DNA of 38,389 nucleotides from Patescibacteria group bacterium (GTDB lineage: Bacteria; Patescibacteriota; Minisyncoccia; Phycocordibacterales; UBA9973). Both the position numbers and the translations under genes were made by a program. Shown here one piece after another: positions 1 to 10,420 of this stretch; within the stretch, counting starts at the first letter, position 1; each line of letters opens with the position of its first letter. The notes under the pieces were generated by a model. The model saw only the letters and a list, made by a program, of their open reading frames with translations. It searched no databases and had not been told where the DNA came from. The stretch is taken from assembly GCA_038063915.1 (NCBI GenBank), contig JBBTUE010000003.1, forward strand, positions 1 through 38,389. The letters are read 5' to 3'.

Positions 1-3000
1 GGACAGACATCTGTAGGAGTTGGTGGTGGTGGAACATCTCCTCCTCCGCCAGACCCCCCACCTCCTCCAGAATTTTGCCCCCCACTTTGTTGTACCATTC
101 TCAAGAATTGCTCTTCAGTCACACAAGTACTACCCACACAAAGCTCTTTTGTTTCGATTTTATTACTATGAATAACAGAGGCGTATAGATTTTCTACTGT
201 GTTACCTACATCTGCTAAGAAGCTTTTCATTAAATAACCAACTGAATTATTGTCGGTCGTATCTAAAGATGAGAAACCTTGGATTTTTATATTTAACTCC
301 TGAATAGCTCCAACCACTTGCCACTGGCTTGGAAGCTCGACAGAGTACATACCACTAGGTCCTACAGTCACAAGCTCTGGGTGAGTAACAAGTACTTCTT
401 GGGCAATCACTCCTATCATCTTGTCCCCTGATGCTCTAACATTATATTGTCTTACTCTAAACGACTCAAAATATGATAGAGCCGAGGGTGCATCTGCAAT
501 ATTTTCTTTTAGACGTTCGTCAGATGAACAAGAGACTGTTACTCCTCCGGCTTCTGGATTATAGAGACATTCTCCATCGGAATCAGTAAGTGAGAATATA
601 TTGTTGTCTATCCCCGTATCGGCAACGTCGAGTTTATAGTCCGGTGTTGTATCCCCAATCCCGACGCTTCCCGCATCAAATATTCCTGCATAATTATTTG
701 TTCCCCCTGACGCTGTGGCATAAATACCATAGTTCGTATCGGCAGTACCAGATGCAGTGAAATGTCCAGCATAGTGCACAGTGGCTCCAGTTGTCGTTAA
801 GTTGCCAGTGGCTGAAGCAAGTAGTCCGTAAGAATTGACAGTAAGGCTAGCACTTCCAGCAGTCGATGTGGCATCTGTAAAGCTTCCACCTTTTGAGTTG
901 ATTGTCGCACCTGATACTGAGGTAAGTGTTGGAGTACCACTAACACTTCCGCTTACACCGATATTAGCTATTATAAAATCTGTTCCCGATGTTTCATTTA
1001 TTACCGAATTGCCAGAAACTACTCCAGATATACCTGTTAAGTTACCACGAATACCGAGAGATGCTGCAGCAAGATAAGTTAGATTAGTTGCGCTAGCGGT
1101 ATTGACACTAGGAAATACATTGATAACTGCTCCATCATCAACAGTCGCAGTCGGAGTCACTGTATTATCGATACCCCCAGCAGTGCGTCCTGCCGCAAGA
1201 GTTCCAAAGTTTTGTGTGCCCGTCATAAAGATACCGTACGAGCTTTCTGCCGCATCATCAGCTTGGGTGATATTTATCACACGACTGTGATCATTGCCTG
1301 TAGTACCAGCAAGAGATAAAAGATAGTCCGACGTCGGAGCGACTTGTGAACCAATTTGACCCGTAGTATTTATTTGGAAAAGATCAGTATTGCCGACAGT
1401 GAAGAGCGAGGCGGGGGTCGTGTCGCCAATGCCGACACTCCCTGCTTCAAAAATGGCCGCGTAATTATTTTGTGCTCCACTTGCTGTTGCATAGAGTCCG
1501 ACATTTGTCAGTGCGTTTGAGCCAGCTGATCGAGTAGATGTTGAAGAGAAATATCCGCCGTAAGAAGAAAGTACTCCAGCGGTAGTATCAAAAGTTGCTC
1601 CGGCATTTGAAATATTCGCAACACGGTTTGATGCAGTTTGGCCTGTTGTACTATTTAATACATCAAGACGATATGTCGGTGCCGAAGTAAGTCCTACCCC
1701 CCAACTTGTATTAATTCTTCCAGAGAAATTAGATAGTGAAATTGTTGTTGTCCCAGAACCATGACCTAGATAATCACCAACATATCCTCCAGCAGTTCCT
1801 GCGCTGTCTGTAACATAGAGACTACCATTTACACTCGTAGCATTTAAAACTGTCTGAGTTCCAGCACTGTTGTTTTCAAGAGAAAGATAAGAGCCATATG
1901 CGCCAGTAGAAGACTGAACTGAAGTTTTACCATTAAATATTCCAGCATAGTTATTCGTTCCCCCTGAGGCTGTTGCATAAAGTCCTACATTTGTTGATGT
2001 CCCTGTTTTAGTATTTGAAAGATAGGCACCATATGTAGTCTGAGCACCGGTTCCATTTGCTCCAGAGAGAGAAACATTGAGACCTTTCTGTCCTGTGAGT
2101 GCGCCAGTGCCAGTAGTGACAAGACTAAGTAATGTCCCTGATGTGAGCGTAGAAGATGAAATAGTGTGGAATGTTTCTGTGTCGGATTCTACGGTCCATG
2201 CATTGAGTTCAGTGTCATTAAAAGTGAGCGATTGAGTACCGGTAGGACTTGATATTGTATTCCACACAGATGACCCTCCGCAACCTGTACAAGAAGTGAC
2301 AGTAAGTGCACCTGTGTTGTCTATTTTGGCTTTAGAAACACCTCCCACTTGCCAATCTTGTAATAATTTTGCTCCAGAACCAGTGGCTGTTTCTGTCACA
2401 TTAAGTAGTAATCCGGTATATCCGGCAGTACTACTTTGGTTTACAGTCGGAGTGAGAGAAATCAAATTCTGAGTTCCAGACGAATCATTGTTGTCTGCCA
2501 AGAAGGTACCTATAGTTGTAAGAGCATTGTCAGATGAACTAGTTGTACTTGGGTAAGCAATTTTTAATAGTATATTTCCTCCATTGCCAGTACCTGTACC
2601 TTGGCCACCATTCACTAATATGTTTGTACCTGCCGTATCTGCTACTGCACCAGCTGAACTAGCATTTCCTCCTTGTAGGGTGAGTGTCCCGAAACGACTT
2701 GAATTAACCTGCATTCCATTTGTCGCTCCGTCTGCACCCATTTGACCCACCATTGAACCACCTGAAGAATTGAAAGTTAACAACTGCTCCCCAGAATTAT
2801 TACTGACAAGTAAAGCTCCCTGAGTAGTTCCCGAATCAGCACCGAAGATAGCTATGCCACCTGAATATCCAAGAATCTGTAGCTGTTGTCCTGACATTGC
2901 TTGAATCACTCCTGCCGTCCCACCATTTTGGAAAATTTGTAACCCTGTACCGATTTGAAGTTGTTTTGCGGGTGCTGTCGTTCCGATACCTACATTCCCT

Positions 3001-6000
3001 GCATTAAATATCGCCGCGTAGTTTGTATCCGCACCAGAAGCTGTTGCATATAGACCGATCGCAGTTGAAGTACCAGCTGTGTCTCCAAGTGCTGAGAAGT
3101 ACCCTCCATAGGTGTTCACAGTTCCAGCATCAGTTCGGCCGGTATTGTCAGCAGTATTATATGAACCATATAAATTATAAGTACCAGTTGCAGTATCTGC
3201 TCCTGATTTTGAGACAGCGTTATAAATTCCATATGCAGTCTGCCCTACGGATGCTCCAGCAACTACTGCAGCTGATTGCCAGAAATTCTGAAGACCGTAT
3301 GATGCAGTAAGTGCCCCGGTAGCGGTTTGAGTAGTAAGAAATCGTGCCCCTGGAACAAAGTCACTACTTGAGGTTGCATTTAATCTTAGAGTACCAGAGG
3401 TACTTGTGGCTGTTGAATTGGTAATTACAAGCGCTCCATTTCCAGCGACAGTATTACTAAACAACTGTCCGCTTGTCGGCGCAAATGTAATTGCGCCTGC
3501 ATCAGTAAACGTTGCGATTGCAGTACCGCTATCTTTGATAATAAAATCTCCTGTTGAAGTGAGGTCAATATATGAATCCGTCGCAGAGTTTGCATTTAGT
3601 AGATATGCTCCGGTTGACGTAATGCCAGTAGCAGCTGCGATTGCACCAGAGGAATTGACTTGGAATTGGGAAGTTGCACCGACAGAGAACAATGCATCTG
3701 GAGTTTCATCTCCACCAACGCCAACATTGCCAGCGCCATCTATCCAGAGTCTTTTATTGGTAACTCCATTACTGTTTGTAGCAAAGTATATTGGTACCGC
3801 TGTATTGGTGTACATATATGCCGCACTATCGAGTTTTCCAAAATCGAAATAACTACCGCCACTCGATTGCAATCGGAAAAAAGCAGCGCCACTACTAGTA
3901 GCAGTTATTTTCATTCCAGAATCTGGCCAACCATTACCAGTCACTTTCAACCACCCATCAATTAAAGCAGAGGCAGTAGTGTTTGTGTCGCTTCCTCCTG
4001 TTGCAGTCGCATAGATACCATAATTAACTGGCGTAGTCCCTGTGTGAGTGTTTGAGAAGTATCCAGCATAAGTCGTCTGGCTTGCTGTTCCACTTGCACC
4101 AGAAAGAGAAATGTTTAATCCTTTTTGTCCAGTTAGAGCAGCGGTACCATTAGAAGTTAAAGACAAAATATTTCCTGAAGTAAGTCCATTTCCTGTCATT
4201 AGTCCGATGGTGCCAGTGGTTGCAGAGTTCGCAACGACACTCAAAAGCCCCGTTCCTGTATAAACTCCGGTGTTGGTGATACCAAAATCAACACCTGTTG
4301 TAACAGAAGAATCTATATCAAAGAGCCCGTCTGGGCTTAGATCCCCTATTCCAACTGAGCCATCTTTTTTTATCACCATTTTAGAGCTATATGTCCCTCC
4401 ACCTCCGGATGCTGTTTGGAAATACAGGTCCGCACCGCCACCTCCAACTATATCTGAGACAATTCTCGATCCCAAACTAAATCCTCCACCGCTACCATAC
4501 ACAAATTCCAAAGCTGATGCCCCGGTACCATCTGTGTTTTGTTTAACCAGTATCGAAGAATCGGTAGCTCCTGCTCCTTCAATTGTAGAAATTGGAGTCC
4601 TGCTTACAGTCAACGAAGCAGCAGATGGATATGGTGTCCCGATTGCGACAACTCCTGTACTAGAGACCGCAAGTCCTGGGTAATTTATCTCATACGCTTG
4701 GCTTCCTACTGTTCCACTTTCAGCCACAGTTAAGTGAGTAGTATCGGTAAATGCCGTAATTCTCCTTCGTGTCCCATCAGCAAAGACAAAGTAGTTCGGC
4801 ACCATCGCGGATGTAAATGTCGTACCAACACCAGTGATAGTAGTACCTGATTGTGAAGCAGTACCTGTTGCGTATTGAACTGGTGCAGCCTGGAAAGAAT
4901 GTTCGGGGTTAATGATATCTATGCCGACATTACCGCTTGATGATGCAAGAAGTGTAGCACCAGAGACTTGAAGATTGTATGCTCCGAGGTCAGTTGCGGA
5001 ACCTATTTGTAACTCGCCAGCTCCAGTCAATCTTGCTAACTCATTTCTTGCTACAGAAGATGTGGCTGAGTACCAAGTATAGCGATCACTTGTACTTGCA
5101 GTATTAAATTCAAAGTTATTTGCACTAATACCTAAGCCATAATAATTTACATCTGTTTTACTTGTAGAGGCTCCGTATAATTTTATTTTAGTACCTACAG
5201 TAGCAGCAAAATCAAGTATTCCAAGTGTTCCATTCATTCTGAGGTATTCCGCATCGCCAGTAGCCACGGCTTGGGAAATTCCATAAACAGTAAAACCTGT
5301 AGCGTTAAACGCACTCCCCCCAACTTGTGCTGGACCATTTACCCAATAACTTGCAGTTTGAGATGCAGCGCTTTGGTTTTGAATATATGTAGATCCGGCT
5401 GGAATATCTGTTGTGTACGCAAGAGTCTTTCTTGTTGGACCAGTTGTTTGAGTGATGAAAAGATTTGTGCCATCCCATTCCATTGCCCCAGCTTCAGCAG
5501 CAGTTAAGTTTGTACCACTTGTGAATTTGAGAGGAGCTCCACTTGCCCCGCTTCCACCAGCCGAAATATGAAGGTTGGCTGTTGGTGTACCACTAGCTCC
5601 GATAAATGTTCTATTTGTTACATTTAATCCTGTTGCAGTACCTGGTGCAATTACAATGCCGCCTGTTGTCGAAATAGTTGAATACCCTATTTCCATTGAC
5701 GCAGTTTGATTGGCTGCAGTGATTTTTAATCCATGATTTGCGGTATTATCAACTGACCTGACGATGAGTGCATGGTTAGCATCTTGGTTGGCTGCTCCGA
5801 CATTTACTCTCTCATCAAAATAGGCCGACCAGTTTATTGGAGTTGTGCCCGTGTGGGTATTGCTTACTCGAAGTCCATATGTTGTTTGTGAAGCAGTTCC
5901 GTTTGCTCCCGTAAGAAGTACATTGATACCAGTTTGACCAGTTGAAGATGCTGCAGTGCTGTTGACTTGTATATCGACAACCTTTCCTGAAGATATAGAC

Positions 6001-9000
6001 GAGGATGCAAGATACATACCTGTACCTGTTGTGAGTGAATTAAAATTTCCAGCAAACGCTGACGCAGTTGTTACTTGTGTAGTATTTGCAGAGGTGATCG
6101 ACATTGTTCCGGCTGATTGGATATAGTTTCCAGCAGTTGTTATCGCGGTATCCCACCCAGCTCCAACATTAATCGCTGTCGAAGTAATCGCATCATCGCC
6201 AGTCGCACTTTCGGTCAAGTTCCCAATATTAAGTCCGCGGACAATTCCTGTGATTGCTCCTCCGGAATCATTTTGAGTGACAGTAAATGCATCAATGTCT
6301 AGCACATTCCAAGTTTCAGCATTGTTGCCGGCATCGTTGTCGGTAAATACTGGAGTAAGGTCTATAAGATTTCCTGATGCATCATCTGCCGTGAAAGTAA
6401 GTTGCAGATTGTCGACTCCATCAGTAGCTGAAGTTCCACCAGCTATTGAAAACACATCTACAGTTGGTGCTGCACCTTTAGAAATATTTACTCCATCGCC
6501 TGCATCTAGTACTACATTGAAGTCCCCACCGGAGAGATCAAGGTCGCCATTTGAAACTAAAATATCTCCAGTGGTCAGAGTTAGAGCATCAGTGCCGTCA
6601 GCAGAGCCAGCTATAGTGGTGGCGCCAGTATAGTCAATTGCAAATTTTTGAGAAGCGTTATTTGTCACTGTCAACAGGTTGCCACTTGCAACTGTAAATT
6701 CTGTACTGAATAAGAAATTATTTGCACCTATACCGAGCGATCTAAAGTTTATAGTATCGTTTCCAGAAAAAGAAACATAGGTACTACTGTGGGACGGATT
6801 ATATATACCTGGCACAAATACCCCTAAGTTGAAGATAGGCAAAGTACTACCACTTGCTGTAATAGTGAAGTAGACTGGGTCGTTACGCATCAAGATAGCA
6901 ACTCCACCTGTTTCTGTCCCAGCAACTTTGAAGTAGCTTCGTGTTCCATCACTGACATCTAGTATCCCAGTAGGTGCGGCAGTCCCAATTCCAACTCTGC
7001 CACCCAAAAATGCTGCTGCGTAAGTCGTATCAGCCGTGTTAGCAGTTGTGGCATCGATATAAAGTCCAGTGACAGTATTTGCGAGTGAGCCAGCGTCAAT
7101 AAATGAGATGTGTTGACCATAGAGAGTGTCTGCGTTTGTTGCTTGGTTGTTGGTGATGGCAAGTTTTTGTCCATAGTAAGTAGATGAGGCAGCTGAACCA
7201 GATATTGTAACTGTGTTTAAGAATCCTGATGAACCTGTAGTTGTAATTGCAGAGCTGGTAAGAGCAAGTGGTAATCCTGTTGCCGCATTAGTAGAGATTG
7301 TCACAATATCATTAGTCGTGGCTGGAGAAAGTGTTGTTCCACTTCGTGACCAGTAGCCAATTGTTCCAGTAGAGCCACCAGTTATATTGCCAGTACAAGA
7401 AAGATTTCCGGTTGTGCCGGCATCAGTGATAGTACAAAGAGTATTGGTTCCATCATTAACAACAAGAGAACCTGTGTTGCCGATGGAAATAGTAGGAGCA
7501 GTTTGGTTGAAAGTAATATTACCAGAAGTATTTATTTGAAAAAGATCAGTGTTGCCTACGGTAAATAGCGCAGATGGTGTCGTGTCGCCGATGCCAACAT
7601 TACCAGAAGAATCAATAAGAAGACGCGCAGTATTATTTGTTCCAAGTGCAAGTGGATCAGCCCCATTTGTTAAAATCCCCAATCCATTTATTTGACTCCC
7701 TTGAGCAAGAATATATGCCCATCCTGAATCATCTGATTTGGAGAGATTGGTTAAATAAAAATTACTTGGAAAAGTTGACCCGTGAGTCATAACCTGAACG
7801 AAATTATTGGCCCAATCGCCACTTGCTGAATTGCTAAGTATAAATCCTGAACGAGCTGTTGCTACAGAACTATCAAATTGTGCTAGGTTCGCATAGTCGG
7901 TAGTCGTTGAGTTCTTCACTGATATTGTTTTTGTTTGAGCTGTTCCTGAAATAGCTGAACCAATTTGCAATAAACTCGCTGGCGCTGTTGTCCCAATCCC
8001 TACATTCCCTCCATTAAACACCGCGGTGTAGTTATTCGTTGCTCCAGTTGGTGCAGAAACTGAAAGTCCGTAGGCATTTGTTGCAGTAGAAACAGCAGTT
8101 GCTGGAACCAATATTCCGTATGTATTTGTCAGGGCAACATTGGTTGACTTAATAGCTGGAGAGACGACAAGACCAGCGGCATCTGTAACTGTTTGATTAA
8201 TATTTGTACCGACGAGTGTCATTGCTCCGATTTGGTTAGCAAAAAATGTAGCATAAGTTGTAGGATTTGCACCAGAGAGAGTCACGGTGTGGGCACGAGT
8301 AGTTATTCCTGAGACTCCAGCTGCACTAAATGTTGCAGTAGGGAAAATGTCTAGAATAGAAGCAGGAGTTGCAGTTGCAGCTATTCCTACATTACCTGTA
8401 GCTGAAGCTATATATATTGCATTGTTTTTAAATACTGAGCTGTTTTGAACATCTATGTGATAACTTCCATCACCATCGACTATCCCCATTCTTGCTCCGT
8501 AACCTGTACTTGCATGCAAGAGAGAGATTGTTGGTTCGTGTGATCCTCCAAATTGATTTTTCTGAATTATTAAACCAGTTTGTCCACCAGTTGAGAGAAT
8601 ATATTGCTCGCCAGTTACTTGGAGTGGATAGGCACCACGATCAGTGAATGCATTGATCATGGTTTCGCCAGCAGTATTAACTGCAAGTCCTGGATAATTT
8701 ATTTTGTATGCTTGGCTCCCAACTGTGCCACTTTCAGCAACAGTCAAACTTGTGGTACTACCAAATGCAGTAATTGTCCTTCGTGTCCCATCATCAAATA
8801 CAAAGTAACTTCCTACCATTGCTGAAGTAAATGTTGTCCCTACACCTGTGATAGTAGTCGTAGATTGCGAAGCTGTACCAGTCGCATATTGTACTGGTGC
8901 TGCATGAAGCGGATGAGCTGGATTTTCAATACCTACACCAACAGTGCCATCAGCATAGACACCAAACACAGTACTTCCTGCAGTTGCAGCATTATCCACT

Positions 9001-10415
9001 TGAAGAATTGGCAAACCAGCTGAAGAAGAACCGGAAACTAGATTCAATACTCTACCTGACCCAGCAGGATAATTGTTCATCACAGATGCCCACGCGGTGT
9101 TTGATATTTGAGTCACTGTTAAGATATCAGTATTAGCTGTACCACTTACTACAAAATTCGAATTAGCATTAATTGCTGTACCTCCTGTCAATATATTTAA
9201 TCCACCGCCCGAACCTGCTCCTGTTGTTGCAAGACTGTGATCAATGATAGCAGCATACACACCGTTTGAACCTGGCCCAACTACCTGAAGTTTATAATTA
9301 CCTAAATCAGTAGCTGAACCAATATTTACTTCGTCACTTATTGTCGTTGGGCTAACAGTCGTACCTGCTCGTGACCAGTAACCAATTGCACCTGATGTTG
9401 GAGCAGTAGTGGTGAGAGTTCCGTTTCCTCCTGAAGTATATACGGCGCCGTTGGTTGTGAGAGATGAGAATTGGATAGTGCCAGAAGAAACAAGACCAGT
9501 CGCACCAGAAATAACTCCGGCGTTTGAAATATCGATATTTGTTGTATCGAGAGCAAATGTTCCCGATCCTCCACCAATAGAAACAAGTGCATTTGATGTG
9601 CCAGTATTTATATTCGTGGCAAAATTAGAACTTGTATTAATAGAAGTGGCTGCCCCAGAGACTGTTAAACCTAGGGTGCCTTGAATAAGCCCAGCCCCGG
9701 CATTGACTCCAACTGAAGTCAGAAGCCCAGCGATAGTAAGAGCTCCCGCAGAAGTGATTTTATTTGAACTTGAAAAAAACTGAATATCACCGGTTACACC
9801 AGCATTGAAAGTGAGAGGATTTGATCCAGTAGCTTTTAGCCCAGCAAGTGTTGCGTGACTAAGAACAAGTGCTCCTGTATCAACTACTGGAATTTGATTA
9901 CTTGTGGCACTTAGGCTTGGAGTGTATCCACCAACTCGCTCTGACTCGACAGCCGCAGGTACAGCACCGAGTGTTTTGCGTGGCGTCATTTCTCCATCCC
10001 ATCCTGGAGTACCAGTACCACCAATCTGAACTGACAAATATAAAGTTTGATTGAAATCAACACCAGAAAGTGTAGATACAGATCCAAGCATTACGCTAAA
10101 GAGTCCACTAGTTACTGTTACTTTATTTGCGCCAGTTCTTGTTTCAATCCAAGCACAACTTGTAGTACATGATCCTTGAGTAGTATCACCACCACTTGCA
10201 ACTGTCATCAACTTGAACTCCATATTGTAATCCCCATTCGCTACGGCTACACCAGAAGAGTTAGTAAGCTTACCTTGATAATTTATTTGTTTATTAAATA
10301 CTGCTTGTGCTAGTTGAGAAGATATACCGACAAGTATCAATACAATAAGTAAAACAGTGAAGAAATTCTTAACTCTTGTTGTTTTGCTTTTTAATTGTAA
10401 TTGGAGATACTTCAT
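1..10415 (-). CDS. Giant secreted fibre/adhesin-like protein (>=3471 aa, open at left edge): signal peptide, N-terminal INYQGKL domain, many GxVGIGxTxP repeats, C-terminal peptidase S74-like intramolecular chaperone
   Basis: Manual translation from ATG 10415 gives MKYLQLQLKSKTTRVKNFFTVLLIVLILVGISSQLAQA-VFNKQINYQGKLTNSSG...GLFSVMLG. The same frame at ~530-300 reads SSDERLKENI...GVIAQEV...PELV...GAIQELN, then LCVGSTCVTEEQF and a Gly/Pro tail. Spot-checked segments have no stops, and the ORF track lists nothing in this frame, consistent with an ORF running off the edge. Confidence 0.93.
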   Translation of the reverse strand, partial: MKYLQLQLKSKTTRVKNFFTVLLIVLILVGISSQLAQAVFNKQINYQGKLTNSSGVAVANGDYNMEFKLMTVASGGDTTQGSCTTSCAWIETRTGANKVTVTSGLFSVMLGSVSTLSGVDFNQTLYLSVQIGGTGTPGWDGEMTPRKTLGAVPAAVESERVGGYTPSLSATSNQIPVVDTGALVLSHATLAGLKATGSNPLTFNAGVTGDIQFFSSSNKITSAGALTIAGLLTSVGVNAGAGLIQGTLGLTVSGAATSINTSSNFATNINTGTSNALVSIGGGSGTFALDTTNIDISNAGVISGATGLVSSGTIQFSSLTTNGAVYTSGGNGTLTTTAPTSGAIGYWSRAGTTVSPTTISDEVNIGSATDLGNYKLQVVGPGSNGVYAAIIDHSLATTGAGSGGGLNILTGGTAINANSNFVVSGTANTDILTVTQISNTAWASVMNNYPAGSGRVLNLVSGSSSAGLPILQVDNAATAGSTVFGVYADGTVGVGIENPAHPLHAAPVQYATGTASQSTTTITGVGTTFTSAMVGSYFVFDDGTRRTITAFGSTTSLTVAESGTVGSQAYKINYPGLAVNTAGETMINAFTDRGAYPLQVTGEQYILSTGGQTGLIIQKNQFGGSHEPTISLLHASTGYGARMGIVDGDGSYHIDVQNSSVFKNNAIYIASATGNVGIAATATPASILDIFPTATFSAAGVSGITTRAHTVTLSGANPTTYATFFANQIGAMTLVGTNINQTVTDAAGLVVSPAIKSTNVALTNTYGILVPATAVSTATNAYGLSVSAPTGATNNYTAVFNGGNVGIGTTAPASLLQIGSAISGTAQTKTISVKNSTTTDYANLAQFDSSVATARSGFILSNSASGDWANNFVQVMTHGSTFPSNFYLTNLSKSDDSGWAYILAQGSQINGLGILTNGADPLALGTNNTARLLIDSSGNVGIGDTTPSALFTVGNTDLFQINTSGNITFNQTAPTISIGNTGSLVVNDGTNTLCTITDAGTTGNLSCTGNITGGSTGTIGYWSRSGTTLSPATTNDIVTISTNAATGLPLALTSSAITTTGSSGFLNTVTISGSAASSTYYGQKLAITNNQATNADTLYGQHISFIDAGSLANTVTGLYIDATTANTADTTYAAAFLGGRVGIGTAAPTGILDVSDGTRSYFKVAGTETGGVAILMRNDPVYFTITASGSTLPIFNLGVFVPGIYNPSHSSTYVSFSGNDTINFRSLGIGANNFLFSTEFTVASGNLLTVTNNASQKFAIDYTGATTIAGSADGTDALTLTTGDILVSNGDLDLSGGDFNVVLDAGDGVNISKGAAPTVDVFSIAGGTSATDGVDNLQLTFTADDASGNLIDLTPVFTDNDAGNNAETWNVLDIDAFTVTQNDSGGAITGIVRGLNIGNLTESATGDDAITSTAINVGAGWDTAITTAGNYIQSAGTMSITSANTTQVTTASAFAGNFNSLTTGTGMYLASSSISSGKVVDIQVNSTAASSTGQTGINVLLTGANGTASQTTYGLRVSNTHTGTTPINWSAYFDERVNVGAANQDANHALIVRSVDNTANHGLKITAANQTASMEIGYSTISTTGGIVIAPGTATGLNVTNRTFIGASGTPTANLHISAGGSGASGAPLKFTSGTNLTAAEAGAMEWDGTNLFITQTTGPTRKTLAYTTDIPAGSTYIQNQSAASQTASYWVNGPAQVGGSAFNATGFTVYGISQAVATGDAEYLRMNGTLGILDFAATVGTKIKLYGASTSKTDVNYYGLGISANNFEFNTASTSDRYTWYSATSSVARNELARLTGAGELQIGSATDLGAYNLQVSGATLLASSSGNVGIDIINPEHSFQAAPVQYATGTASQSGTTITGVGTTFTSAMVPNYFVFADGTRRRITAFTDTTHLTVAESGTVGSQAYEINYPGLAVSSTGVVAIGTPYPSAASLTVSRTPISTIEGAGATDSSILVKQNTDGTGASALEFVYGSGGGFSLGSRIVSDIVGGGGADLYFQTASGGGGTYSSKMVIKKDGSVGIGDLSPDGLFDIDSSVTTGVDFGITNTGVYTGTGLLSVVANSATTGTIGLMTGNGLTSGNILSLTSNGTAALTGQKGLNISLSGASGTASQTTYAGYFSNTHTGTTPVNYGIYATATGGSDTNTTASALIDGWLKVTGNGWPDSGMKITATSSGAAFFRLQSSGGSYFDFGKLDSAAYMYTNTAVPIYFATNSNGVTNKRLWIDGAGNVGVGGDETPDALFSVGATSQFQVNSSGAIAAATGITSTGAYLLNANSATDSYIDLTSTGDFIIKDSGTAIATFTDAGAITFAPTSGQLFSNTVAGNGALVITNSTATSTSGTLRLNATSSSDFVPGARFLTTQTATGALTASYGLQNFWQSAAVVAGASVGQTAYGIYNAVSKSGADTATGTYNLYGSYNTADNTGRTDAGTVNTYGGYFSALGDTAGTSTAIGLYATASGADTNYAAIFNAGNVGIGTTAPAKQLQIGTGLQIFQNGGTAGVIQAMSGQQLQILGYSGGIAIFGADSGTTQGALLVSNNSGEQLLTFNSSGGSMVGQMGADGATNGMQVNSSRFGTLTLQGGNASSAGAVADTAGTNILVNGGQGTGTGNGGNILLKIAYPSTTSSSDNALTTIGTFLADNNDSSGTQNLISLTPTVNQSSTAGYTGLLLNVTETATGSGAKLLQDWQVGGVSKAKIDNTGALTVTSCTGCGGSSVWNTISSPTGTQSLTFNDTELNAWTVESDTETFHTISSSTLTSGTLLSLVTTGTGALTGQKGLNVSLSGANGTGAQTTYGAYLSNTKTGTSTNVGLYATASGGTNNYAGIFNGKTSVQSSTGAYGSYLSLENNSAGTQTVLNATSVNGSLYVTDSAGTAGGYVGDYLGHGSGTTTISLSNFSGRINTSWGVGLTSAPTYRLDVLNSTTGQTASNRVANISNAGATFDTTAGVLSSYGGYFSSTSTRSAGSNALTNVGLYATASGAQNNYAAIFEAGSVGIGDTTPASLFTVGNTDLFQINTTGQIGSQVAPTSDYLLSLAGTTGNDHSRVINITQADDAAESSYGIFMTGTQNFGTLAAGRTAGGIDNTVTPTATVDDGAVINVFPSVNTASATNLTYLAAASLGIRGNLTGISGVVSGNSVINETSGTDFIIANIGVSGSVSGTPTLTSVSGATINSKGGSFTDATSTAGSASLTVNSYGLLASATGNLTTTGATVHYAGHFTASGTADTNYGIYATASGGTNNYAGIFDAGSVGIGDTTPDYKLDVADTGIDNNIFSLTDSDGECLYNPEAGGVTVSCSSDERLKENIADAPSALSYFESFRVRQYNVRASGDKMIGVIAQEVLVTHPELVTVGPSGMYSVELPSQWQVVGAIQELNIKIQGFSSLDTTDNNSVGYLMKSFLADVGNTVENLYASVIHSNKIETKELCVGSTCVTEEQFLRMVQQSGGQNSGGGGGSGGGGDVPPPPTPTDVC
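1366..1437. repeat. 72-bp internal repeat, second copy at 7528-7599
   Basis: Both copies encode VGIGDTTP(A/S)(S/A)LFTVGNTDLFQINT. Confidence 0.85.
4669..4889. repeat. 221-bp internal duplication in the giant gene, copy 1
   Basis: AAPVQYATGTASQSGTTITGVGTTFTSAMV...DGTRRRITAF...LTVAESGTVGSQAYEINYPGLA; same length as 8683-8903. Confidence 0.9.
8683..8903. repeat. 221-bp internal duplication in the giant gene, copy 2
   Basis: AAPVQYATGTASQSTTTITGVGTTFTSAMV...DGTRRTITAF...LTVAESGTVGSQAYKINYPGLA. Confidence 0.9.
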
Positions 10416-10420
10416 GTTTA

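Noticed and set aside
20-100. GGT/CCT and poly-C/G microsatellite-like runs
   Set aside because: They encode Gly/Pro linkers in frame; there is no evidence of phase variation without read data.
835-10054. About 20 short ORF-track calls within 835-10054
   Set aside because: They are antisense or off-frame shadows of the giant minus-strand gene, produced by its Ser/Thr/Gly/Ala codon bias.
1-10415. Prophage tail-fibre interpretation of the S74 protein
   Set aside because: The protein has a Sec signal peptide, and no capsid, terminase, portal, tail or integrase genes were recognised.
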